From the NCBI GenBank assembly GCA_964016885.1, contig OZ024741.1, positions 172,794,001 to 172,858,000 on the forward strand: a stretch of DNA of 64,000 nt, given 5' to 3'. This stretch comes from Eledone cirrhosa. Taxonomy: Eukaryota. Below the pieces are notes generated by a model. It ran no database searches and was not told where the DNA came from. It saw nothing but the letters and a program-made list of their open reading frames with translations. Every line of letters begins with the position of its first letter. Positions within the stretch are counted from its first letter, which is position 1. The translations under genes and the position numbers were made by a program. This document shows, in pieces, positions 24,465 through 36,811 of this stretch.

Positions 24465-25315
24465 CACATATATATATACATATATATATATACATATATA
24501 TACACATATATATATATACATATATATATATACATATATATGCATATATATATATATATACATATATATATACATATATGCATACATATATAGATATATA
24601 TGTATATACATATATATATATATACATGGTGGCTGCCAACTCGTTTTCGAGTATGGCCACTACTTCATATCCATGTAGGAGAACCCCTACCGATGCGCTG
24701 AACGAGTGTGGCTTTTTAGTCCAGCCAGCGACTTGAAAACTCTGGTACAAACACTACACCTGTGACAATTATTGACACATAGTGCCGGGCCCATGGTACC
24801 ATGTGACGACAAGTGCAGAGAGATCTCCAGATATAAAGCAATGCCTGTGCCGTGAAGCTTTTATAGTGAGCAAAGGCACTGCACAAAGCCAGTCCCACTC
24901 TCTTAACGAAGATGATATTTACCAAAAAGAAGAACAAGTCAACATCATTGGATACCATCAGGGTTGCAGGTGTTATATCAGTTTTCCTTCTCCTAGAATT
25001 CTGCCTTGACAAAGGCTAAGGGGTCATCTCTCCCGGTGATTTTGGATGGCCATTGACTCTTAAGAGCTCCTTTGCCCTTTGACAGGTTTTGTTTTTAGTC
25101 GTGCAGGATGTCCAAAGTCACCCTCCTCACCAAGAAACCTTAGTGGGGTTGCCAGTTTAGTCGCCAACAACCCGACCATGGGACAGGTTGTACTGGGATA
25201 CATGTTACCAGTAGCACCAACTGGTGAACTGACATATATACATATATATATACATACATACATATATATATATATACATACATATATATATATACATACA
25301 TATACATACATATAT

Positions 25316-25365
<50 letters not shown>

Positions 25366-25704
25366 ATACATACATATACACATATACATACATATATATA
25401 TATATACATACATATACATATATACATACATATACATATATACATACATACATATATATACATACATATACACATATACATACATACATATACATACATA
25501 TATATATACATACATATATATATACATACATATATATATATACATATATATACATACATATATATATATACATACATATATCTATACATACATATATATA
25601 TACATACATATATATATATACACGTATATATATACACATATATACATATCCATACATATATATATACATACATATATATATACATACATATATATATACA
25701 TACA

Positions 25705-25787
<83 letters not shown>

Positions 25788-25796
25788 ATACATACA

Positions 25797-25890
<94 letters not shown>

Positions 25891-25913
25891 CATATATATA
25901 TACACATATATAT

Positions 25914-25946
<33 letters not shown>

Positions 25947-26400
25947 TACATATATGTATATACATACATATATATATACATACATACATACATATACATA
26001 TACATACATATACATACACATACATATACATACATATACATACACATACATATACATACATATACATACACATACATATACATACATATATATATATACA
26101 TACATACATACATACATATACATACATATATATATATATACATACATACATATACATACATATATATACATACATACATATACATACATATATATATACA
26201 TACATACATATACATACATATATATACATACATACATATACATACATATATACATATATATACATACATATATACATATATATGTATATACACACATATA
26301 TATATACATATATATATACATATATATATATACATATATATACATATATATATATACATATATATATATACATATATATATATATACATAAATATATATG
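24168..26400. repeat. Long compound (TA)/(TACA) microsatellite fields (similar fields at 44505-46230 and 46555-47075)
   Basis: Direct inspection. Confidence 0.95.
24625..25232 (-). mobile_element. Short internally deleted RTE-type element (5'-UTR-like part joined to the zinc-finger 3' end); partial second copy at 46229-46552
   Basis: Reverse complement encodes [20 protein letters not shown], matching the RTE C-terminus at 34013. The 3' end catggtggctgcc...cgagtatggcca matches 33749. Confidence 0.65.
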
Positions 26401-26543
26401 TGGGGGGGGCTGAGTGTGTATGTGTGGGTGTGTGTATTCAGTGTGTCTCAAAAAAGTGTATACACACTTTGATTACCTGTACAGGCAATATTTATTTAAA
26501 TTCTGTTAAAGTGTGTATGTATTTTTTGGGACACCCTGTATAC

Positions 26544-26655
<112 letters not shown>

Positions 26656-28339
26656 GTGTGTGTGTGTGTTATGTGTGTGTCAAACGAGTAAAAATATTAG
26701 AAAGTGAAGTTGAAAATGCTATCTACAATTATCTATAACTTTACCGGTTTCATAAGTTTCAAGATTTTCAAAAGTTAAGAGAGATGGTGAGATGTATTGG
26801 TATACCGACTTGTAACTCGCATCTAACTGATGTTGGGATTTTCTTTCAGTTTTATGCAAAGCATATGGCTCAGATTGCTATATGTTTGAAGTACGGTTTG
26901 ATAGGTTGAGGGAGAGCACCACCAAATTCGGTGCCTAATCACGTGCCTATACAATTATACATTGAGCCAGGTTTGTGCATAAAACTGAAAGAGCCATAGC
27001 ACTCCCAATTTTTGACGCGTAATTACCAAACAATTCAATGCCTAATCACGTGATCTTCCTCAACCTGTCAAATTGTACTTCAAACATAAAGCAATCTCAG
27101 TCGCATTTTTTGCATAAACCTAAAAGAAATTCCCAATATCAGTTAGATGCGAGTTACAAGCTGGCATAACTACACATTTCTCTAGCTCTCTTAAATTTTG
27201 AAGATTATGATAATTATAGATAAACCTTCTTAATTGTAGTCAAACTTCTTTTTCCCGTATTTTACTCGTGTGGAATGTATTAAAATATCCTTACTTTCGA
27301 ATATATATATATATAAATTTGAGTATGTGTTGGTTGGTTACCGACATTTCAGTATTCAACGAAGTGCGCAGGTGTGTCTGTTTACTCCGGAGTAATATAA
27401 AAAACAAGAAATGTAAGTCAACAGGTTAAAATTAACTCCGTTTAATCATTTTCGCTGTTATATATATTTCTGTGATAACCATTATTCAACAGCCATGACC
27501 ACATCAGACAGCTAGAACTTGAACAGGAAAAACAGGGAAACATAATGATGGCACAAAGTTTACCTCCGTTATTTCGGTCCTTTGATATGCCCTGTCGAAG
27601 TATGGTGTTATTTGAAAAAACAGCACGATTTGAAAAAGCAGCACGATGACGTGATTTCGGGCTCAGGAAAGGTGGTGGGGTTAGTTAAATCAGTGAAGTT
27701 AAATACAGTGATAAAGGATTAGCTAATCACCATTATTTGAGAGGTTAGTATAAGTATGAAATTATAAATTGATTGCAAAGTCAAAAGGAAGAGAAGAAAT
27801 GAAAAGTAATCTTAGTTTCTCCACATAGAAAACGATTTGTTAATATATACAGCCTGGATACAACTCGCTCTCTCTTCACTTAACACTAAAGCTGTCAATA
27901 TAGATGGTAATGGATGATGATGATGATGGTGGTGGTGGTGGTGGTGTTGATGGTGGCGGTGGTGGTCTTGGTGATGATAATACTCATTATGATAATACTC
28001 ATTATGATAACATCCTTTAAGACACTCATGCTTCCCGAAATACGCCAAAACTACACCTGATGTGCCCCTTCCATACACATGCACACATGTGTGCACTGTT
28101 CATTTTACTGATGTTTGTGCATTGCCCTATGTACTGTACATGCACTTTTTTGATGGGTTGTGGTGCACCTGGGCACTGTGCACAATATTTCATTATTGTT
28201 ATTGTTATTATATCATGACTCATACACTGTTTATTTTCCTGACATTTGTACATTATTCTATGTACTATACATGCACCTTTGATGAGTTGTAGTGCACCTG
28301 AGCACTGTACACAATAATTTCATTATTATAATACTCATT

Positions 28340-28960
28340 ATGATGATGGGCGATGATGATAATGAAGATGGTGAGGATGGTGGAGGTGGTGGTGGTGGTG
28401 GTGGTGGCGGCGGCGGCGTCGGTGGTGGTGATGATGATGATGATGATGATTATGATGGTAATGCTGACGACGATGTTGTTGATGATGATGATGGTGGTGA
28501 TGGTGGTGGTGGTGGTGATGATGACCGCGATATTTATGATGATGGTGGTGGTGATGATGATGATGATGACGATGTTAATGATGATTGTGGTGGTGGTCGT
28601 TGTCCTCGTCGTGATGGTGGTGGTGGTCGTGGTGTTGGTGATGGTGGGGGTGATGGTGGTGATGTTGAGTATGATGATGACGGAGGTGGTGGTGGTAGTG
28701 AGGATGATGATGATGATGAAGGGAGAGGGTGTTGAGGTGGGGATGATAATGTTTGTGGAGGTGGTGGTGGTGTTACAGATGATGAAGGTGATGATGATGA
28801 TGATGAAGGTGGTGGTGGCTGTGGTGGTGGTGGCTGCGGTGGTGGTGGTGGTGGTGGCGGCAGCTGTGGTGGTGGTGGTGGTGGTGGCGGTGGTGGTGGT
28901 GGCGGCAGCTGTGGTGGTGGTGGTGGTGACGGTGTTAATGATGATGAGGTGGAGGATTAA
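28340..28960. repeat. Compound (GGT/GAT)n microsatellite
   Basis: Direct inspection. Confidence 0.9.
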
Positions 28961-29222
28961 AAGATAGTTGAAATAAATAAGTGAAACAGATAAAAAGAAC
29001 AAGAAACGTCATTCTTAAAAGTTAATTCCAATTCGTTTCTATTACAGTTATTTCCTTCCCCTCAGGTCAGTGATGATTGAGTAGACCTATGATCAAATCT
29101 TCGTAGCCACCACCATGTCAGATATTTTTAAAACGTTAGGGAGTGATTTAAGAGAGATTTGACTGATATGTCTAGCAAGTCAGATATAGATGGTATTTAT
29201 CAGTTGATGATACTATAACTTC

Positions 29223-30079
29223 TAATAATTGTTCTACTTTTTCCACAAGGCCAGCAATCACCCCAGTGCATTACTGGTGCTTTATTTTATCGACCCCGTA
29301 AGGATGAAAAGCAAAGCTAACCTCGGCGGGATTTGAACTCAGAACATAAAGGGCCATAACTCTATGCTGAAAATAATAATTGTTTCTATTTTAGGCACAA
29401 GGCCAGCAATTAACCAGTACATTACAGGTACTTTATTTTATCGACCCCGTAAGGATGAAAGGCAAAGTTAACCTCGGCGGGATTTGAACTCAGATCATAA
29501 AGGGACGTAACTCTATGCTTCAAGCATGGTGTCCGACTCTCTACCGATACTGCCAACTAGGCTGCAAATAATAATGATTTCTAGTATAGGCACAAGGCCA
29601 GCAATTTGGGGGGAGGGGAAAGTCGATTAAATCGATCCTAGTACGTTACTGGTGCTTTATTTTATCGACCCCGTAAAGATGAACGGCAAAGCTAACCTCG
29701 GCGGGATTTGAACTCAATACATAAAGGGCCATAACTGTATGCTGCAAATAATAATAATTATTTATTTATTGGCCACTAGGACAAAAACATAAAGGACAAT
29801 ACAAAAGAACCTGGAGTGTAGGGATTTACTTAAACAACAAGTGAGAATTAATAAATCAATTCTTTCTACTTTAGGCACAAGGCCATTAATATGAAGGGCA
29901 GGAGAAAGTCGATTAAATCGACACCAGTGCTTTACGGTACTTTATTTTATCGACCCCGTAAGGATGACAAGCAAAGCTAACCTCAGCGGGATTGAACTCG
30001 GAGAACACAAAAGGGCGAAACTCTATGCTGCAAAGCATGGTGTCTAGCGCTCTACCGATACTGCCAATCCACCGCCCTA
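29223..30079 (-). mobile_element. Tandem cluster of four tRNA-derived SINE copies
   Basis: SINE core repeated at ~29290, 29440, 29665 and 29950. Further dispersed copies at 43055-43245 (+), 43421-43610, 49147-49335, 52213-52365, 56215-56388 (+), 58610-58718, 62287-62480. Confidence 0.85.
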
Positions 30080-31650
30080 GCAATTAATAAATTAATAATA
30101 AGAGAACTCTCCAATAGAATAGGGAATTTCCCAGGTGTAATCTAGGAACCTCATAGATCCGAAAGCACTGTAATCACAATGAGCACCATAGGAAGGTGAC
30201 CCTATCCTCTCAGAACTCTCCATGCTACAGGCGCAAGCTCAGAGTAGCCGGATTAATTTCTGCCATCCTCGCTACACTCACCCACTTTTTAACAAATGTA
30301 CTGGGTCAGTACTTCCCTCTCCACCAATATCTTGCGTTCCAAGTGAAACTTGAAAAAGTCTATGAAAATTGGCCGATAATGAAAGTGGCTGTTTTCAGTC
30401 CTTTCAGTCGTGTCCACCATACAAACTCTTTCGCCACAGCCAGCAGACAGTGTAAAATTGCCCGCTCTTCCTGACCAAAAGAAGGCTGTGGGGAAATCTT
30501 CACAATAGAGTCAGCGAATAGCCGGATCCATCCTACACACGACAGTAGCTGTTTGACAAAATTCCATAAGTCAGCAATGTTCGGACAATGGACGAGTGCG
30601 TGCAGAACGGCTTCAAGGCTTTACGCACATCTGACAGCACTTTCCTGCATGTAGAGTTTGTCTCGGACCAGCAGTGTCCCCACCACGCACTTGCGTATCA
30701 CCGCAAAGCCAGAGATTTCTGGAAATTGCCTATAGTCCAAGGACCGAAAGATCTTCGGAACAGATTGGCTAGTTCGTTCTCGTCGACGCCTAGAATTTCT
30801 CAGAGAACGTCTAGAGTATGCTAACGTGGGATTTCCACTGACTGCATTTCCCGATTGCTAGAGCCTGTGAGCGCCTGACAGCATTCCAGATGCCGACACC
30901 CAGTCTCGGTCTTCGTTTGACTTTGGATTGCAGCTCAGTCAAAAAGACGAACCGCGAAAGGACATACAACATAAAGAGTGACCACGCCTGTTCATCGTTT
31001 AGCAATATCTGTAAATCTCGTCATCAGCGCATTATTGCACATCCTCAGCCACGACATGCCGAGCCGTCAGTGCGAAGTATGCTGGCAGCAGATGGACCAC
31101 CTAACATGTCCCTTCCACAAGAAGTGAAAGAGTGGGCGCTGCAACCAGGTGTGGTGCAAATTGGTCAAGCCATGACGTTAATATATAACGGAAGCGATGT
31201 ACGCGTTCGCCCACTTTGCCCGATCTTCCGTGTATAGTTTCCACTAGACCCATTTCTGTGTGAGACTGACAACCCTGCTCGTTACCTAGTCCCTGTTCTT
31301 ATGCACTTAGACATTTGAACCAAATCATATCCTGAGCCCCAAGCTGTCCGTCCATCTAGACGTTGTTGAACGGCATGAATTTTCCTTTCTAAGTGCCGAG
31401 GTGCAAAGAAACCGACTTGTCCGAGTTCATTTTTACTCCAGTCAACTTTTCGTATTCCTCTAAAAAGATGCCGACCACCCCCATTTGTGGGGTATTTGAC
31501 ACCATGATGTTGACGTCGTCGCCAGTTGATTTTCATCAATGTCAAGATTCTCCCCGCGAACATAGTCGCTTTCGCTCACCACTAATCCTCTAGCGATCAC
31601 CAAGGCGTTTCCTCCAGTACCGGAAGGCTGTGAGCACTTGACGACATTCC
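29761..31650 (-). mobile_element. Decayed, internally deleted L1/Tx1-type LINE related to the 36.6-42.4 kb element
   Basis: 3' tail at 29761 resembles 36577. Reverse-complement remnants include AWSLF...LTELQSKVKRRP (cf. VWAPF...LTELQSWDKKRP) and endonuclease-region sequence at ~31280-31650. Confidence 0.7.
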
Positions 31651-31948
31651 AGTTGTCAAGCACCCACCTCTACATTCATACACGTACAAATTCACCCACA
31701 CACATACGTACACATACATACGTACACACATACTTCATACATACATATATATATATATACATACATACGTACATACATTCATACATACATACATATATGC
31801 ATACATATATACATACGTACACACATACATTCATACATACATATATACATACATACTTACATAAGTATATAAGTACACACATACATTCATACATACATAT
31901 ATACATACATACGTACATACGTACATACATTCATACATACATACATAC

Positions 31949-33611
31949 AGGAAACAAGGTCGACAAAGAAGTGGGACCAGAAGTATCTCCCATCTTTTCT
32001 TTGTTGATGACCTGAAGTTGTATGGGCCAAATATCAATGACATCAAGAAACAATTGGACCTCATTACACAATTTTCAACCGACATCAAAATGAAATTTGG
32101 TGAGTCCAAGTGTGCATATTTGGCAGTAAAACGTGGAAGAGCTGTGCCCTCCTCTAGAAATCTAGAGATGAACGGCCTGACAATACAACCTCTGCAGTCA
32201 GGTGACAACTACAGATATCTTGGACAGGATGAGAATGTCAGATATGATGGACCCATAAATAAGGAGAGAACCAGAACTGAATACCTCAGAAGAGTAAAGA
32301 AAATATGGTCATCAGAACTGTCAGCATACAACAAATACATTTCCCACAATACTTATGCTGTGCCAATTCTAACGCCAACATTTGGCCTACTGAACTGGTC
32401 ATTGCAAGAACTAAGTGAGATGGATGTTAGAACTCGAAAACTTCTCAGTGTTACTGGGAACTTTAACATCAATGGTGATGTGGATAGGCTATACTTCTCA
32501 CGCAAGGAAGGTGGTCGGGGTCTAAAATCAATATTAACAACATATGAGACCCGGATAGTGACACTGAAGCAACACCTTCAACAGAGGAAAAAGGTTGGCA
32601 ACCATCTTGCCCAGGTTTATGACCATGAAAAAAGAAATATCATTAGAATAGCGACTGATCTGGAGGAGAGATATGGAATAAAGCCCGATATAAATCTCTC
32701 ACCCAGAGAAATCGGAAGATCCTATTCAATGTTCAAACAAGAAAAAAAAATTGACCAATTTACAGAAAAAGTTGTGCATGGATACTTGAGGCGTAAAACA
32801 CAGACCATAGAGGGGATAAACCACTCAAAAAGCCTGGCATGGAGTTCCGACAAGTTTATGACATCACACCTTGAGGGATATCTCTATGCAATACAGGAAC
32901 AAGAACTCCCTACCAAATATCTGCTGCACAAAAGAGGAGGGCCAGCAGCTGACAATAAATGTAGGCTATGTAAAACAAAGATCGAGGATGTAAGCCACAT
33001 TGTTGCCAGCTGCGAAAGAATGTCATCTCGCTACTACCTCCCCATGAGACACGATGGGATAGCTAGAACCATCTGGAACGCACTTCGGAAAACAAAATCA
33101 ACAACAAACGAGGAAGAATATATTGAGACAGATGGCACTAAGGAATACTGGTGGAATCTGAAAATAAAAACTGCCACCAAATTAAAGCACAACCGGCCTG
33201 ATATTGTAGTTTGGGACCACACATTGAAAACGTGTTCTGTTGTGGAGATCAGCTGCCCACTTGATGTAAACGTTGTCAGAAAAATACAGGAGAAGGAGGA
33301 CATCTACGGACCATTGATGAGGAGTTTACAAATCCAGTATCCAAGATACACCTTTAGCTTCATACCCATCATCATTGGTGCTACGGGTTATATACCAACC
33401 CGCTTGGACCAAAGTATGACTGAACTTGGATTTGCGGACAAAAAGCGCAGCTCCCTAATTCATAGTCTACAAATGGCTGCGATAGCTGGCACCTTCAAAA
33501 TTTGCAAAACATTCTTGCGATTCAAGGGATGACAATTTCTTTTCTTTTACAACCTTGCCACCAGGAAGGTGGCCGGTCAAAAAATATACTCAAAATTAAG
33601 AGAAAGAGAAA
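31949..33611 (+). mobile_element. 5'-truncated R4/Dong-clade non-LTR retrotransposon (RT + restriction-like endonuclease) in (TACA)n
   Basis: Motifs ISHLFFVDDLKLY, KFGESKC, YRYLG, DVDRLY..RKEGGRGL, AIQEQ, CRLC-x8-HIVASC, RHD, NRPDIVVWD...VEISCP, PIIIGATG. (TACA)n on both sides. Confidence 0.9.
31951..33532 (+). CDS. Uninterrupted partial ORF: RT C-terminal half, CCHC knuckle, PD-(D/E)xK-type endonuclease
   Basis: ORF-track 504-aa frame, which extends upstream through FVDD with no stops. Confidence 0.8.
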
Positions 33612-33748
33612 ACATACATATAAGCATACGTACATATATACATTCATACATACATAGATACATACATACATTCCTACATACATACATAGATACATACATA
33701 TATGCATACATATATGCATACATACATTCATACATACATTCATACATA

Positions 33749-33884
33749 CATGATGGCTGCCCCCTCGTTATCGAGTATGGCCATTGCACGAGAAAAAAAA
33801 ATATATATATATACATATATATTAATAACAATAACAATAATAATAACAACAATAATAATAATAACGACAACAACAACAATAATA

Positions 33885-33929
<45 letters not shown>

Positions 33930-33939
33930 TAAACATATC

Positions 33940-34006
<67 letters not shown>

Positions 34007-36425
34007 TAGCAACTAACAGTGTTGCGATCGAATGTGGCTTTTTAGCCCAGCCAATGATCTAAAATGTCTTGCACAGAGTCGGCAACCAAAACATTCACTG
34101 GGAATAGCCGACTGTGGTTGGAGTTCATGTACTTTTGCATGTCGCTTGAGCCCTCCTGCTGATTTACATTCTCTACCACATGCTTGGCAAGCATGATGAG
34201 TAGCATCTCCAACAGCAGCCTGGTAGTCAACCACTGGTCTTACTTTATGACTGCGAAGATGACTTTCGAGTCCAGCTTTGCTTAGGCAGAGTCTCGCACA
34301 GACGCTGCATGTCAGCACCATAGGATGATCCTCGCCGTCTGGAAGTGCAACAGCAATGCCCTTCGTCACATCCCGCTTTACTTTCTCGTATGCGATTCGA
34401 GATGCCTCAAAGGCAACTTTTCCCTCATATACAGTCTTTCTCCATTTATTACGATCAACAGCAATATTTTCCCATGTATCAGCGGAGATGTTAGCGTCTT
34501 TCAAAGAGGCTTTCAAGGAATCCTTATACCTCTTTTTTGGTTTATGTGGCGGTCGTTTTCCTTTAACTAACTCTCCATAAAAGAGTTGTTTTGGTATTCT
34601 AGAATCCTTCATCCTGGCAAGGTGACCACTCCAACGGAGTCGTTTCTTAAGCACAAGAGCTTCTATACTGTCACACATAGAGCTTTCCAAAATCTCGACA
34701 TCACTGATGTGGTCCCTCCAGTGAACGCTATGGATCCGTCTGAGACACATCTGATGGAAACGCTCCAATTGCTTAAGGTGGTGCCGATATGTGACCCAGG
34801 TCTCGCAGGCATAAAGAAGAGAAGAGAGCACCACATGCCTTGTACACCTTTACCTTTGTCTTCTTGCATATGTCTCGCCGACCCCAGAGTCGCCTTTCTA
34901 GCTTTCCGAAAGCATCACTTGCTTTCCTAATCCTAAGTGAGATTTCACTATCAAGGTTGCTGTATCGATTGACAGTGCTTCCCAGGTAGACAAACTGATA
35001 AACCACTCCAAGTCGTTTACCATACACATAGATATTTGGTTCACTGTACTGCTTACCAGGGGCAGGTTGGTACATGTCGACAGTTTTCTTGAGACTGACA
35101 GTCAATCCTAGGGCAGTGCAAGCGTCAGAAAATGCATTCAAAATGTGCTGCATATCACTCTCTGTGTGCGCTACAAGATCGCAATCATCTGCATACAAGA
35201 GGTCTCTTATGATTGATGTAAATACTTTTGTCTTTGCAGCAAAGCGCCTGGTGTTAAATATGCTGCCTGAGGTTCGATATCGGATGTAAACACCATGCTC
35301 GCAATTCCTGAATGCAATACAGAAAACCATTGCAAAGTATATGGCAAACAGGGTCGGTGCTGGAATATCCCCCTGTTTCACTCCATTTTTACTGAGATAG
35401 GCTCCGACATGTTACCTCCGACATTAACCCAAGCCTTCATGTCGTCATGGAAAGACCTAACTAAAGCAAGGAACTTATCAGGGCAACCAAGTTTCTGGAG
35501 AACCTTCCATAATGCATTTCTGTTAACAGTATCGAAAGCTTTTGTCAGATCGACAAAAACCTGATACAGATACAAACTTTGTTCCATGCACTTCTCCTGG
35601 AGCTGTCTAGCTGAGAAGATCATATCAGTAGTGCCGCGTCCAGCACGAAAACCAGATTGACTTTCAGGAAAAACACAATCTGCAATGTATCAGCAGACGG
35701 TCCAGAAGCACCCTACATAAAACTTTCTCTATGACAGAAAGCAATGATATACCTCTGTAGTTCCCACAATCATTTCTGTTACCCTTTCCTTGAACAAGAC
35801 CACCATTACTGCATCTCTCCAGTCCTCATGTACAGATTCATTAGCCCATATCCTGCCAAACAAAGAGTGAAGATGTTGCAGGAGTCTCTCACTACCATAT
35901 TGTAGGAGCTCAGCATGTATGCCATCCATACCTGGAGATCTTCCACTGTTCAGCTTCGAGATAGCTACTGCAACCTCCACAAGCGTCGGAGGTTCTGCGA
36001 GAGCTACTTTCACAGGACATTCTGGAATGAGATTGAGGAAATCTTCATTGACGACAGACGGCTGATTCAAAAGATCATCAATGTGCTCTCGCCACCTTCG
36101 TAGAATTCCTTGTGAGTCACGAAGAAGTTCTTTGCCATCTTTGCTGCGAAGCTGTGTCACCAGAGAAGAAGACGGTCCATAAACTTCACGCAAGAGACTG
36201 TACAACAGCTTTGTGTTATTGGAATCTGACGCAGTTTGTATCTCATCAGCCTTCTCACTCCACCACTGATCCTTCATCTGAGAAAGACTCCGCCTAACAC
36301 GTGATTTTACATCCTTGAGTTCCTCATGCAACGTACTCCTCACCTGTGGTTTTGCCGTCAAGTAGCGTGACAGAGCACGCCTCTTATCAGCCAACAAGTC
36401 TTCTATATGCACATCATTCTCATGT
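33749..36425 (-). mobile_element. RTE-clade LINE, 5'-truncated and frameshifted, with three C-terminal C2H2 fingers
   Basis: Motifs [81 protein letters not shown]...H/CQAC...H/CRLC...H. 3' UTR is split by microsatellites. Confidence 0.92.
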
Positions 36426-36811
36426 AAGGGAGCTTATAGATAGGACAAGAACACGCTGTCTTTTCGTGGGGTAAGTTTTTAATTAATTTTTGTATTCTGA
36501 AACATCAAAATACAACATACATACATACATACATACATACATATGTACAGATAGATAGGTCGATAGATAGATATGTTTCTTTATTAGCCACAGGAGCACA
36601 AAAGAAGGGGACAAATACAAAGGGGTAAGTTTACATACAATAAAAACGTGTAAAATGTTATCACAAATGTAATTTTAAAATTAATCGATTATCCCCAATA
36701 GGAGGAGACATTTCATATGGGTAGCACATAGCCCCGAAAAAATGTGCAACCCTCATCTCCAGGAGTACGAAGAGTTTGTACCCCTTTCCTCTCTTCCTCT
36801 TTTTACTCAAC

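Noticed and set aside
24121-26451. Long YI/HT-rich ORFs (up to 444 aa), likewise at 11037-11546 and 44493-45749
   Set aside because: Translations of (TA)/(TACA) microsatellites, open in most frames on both strands.
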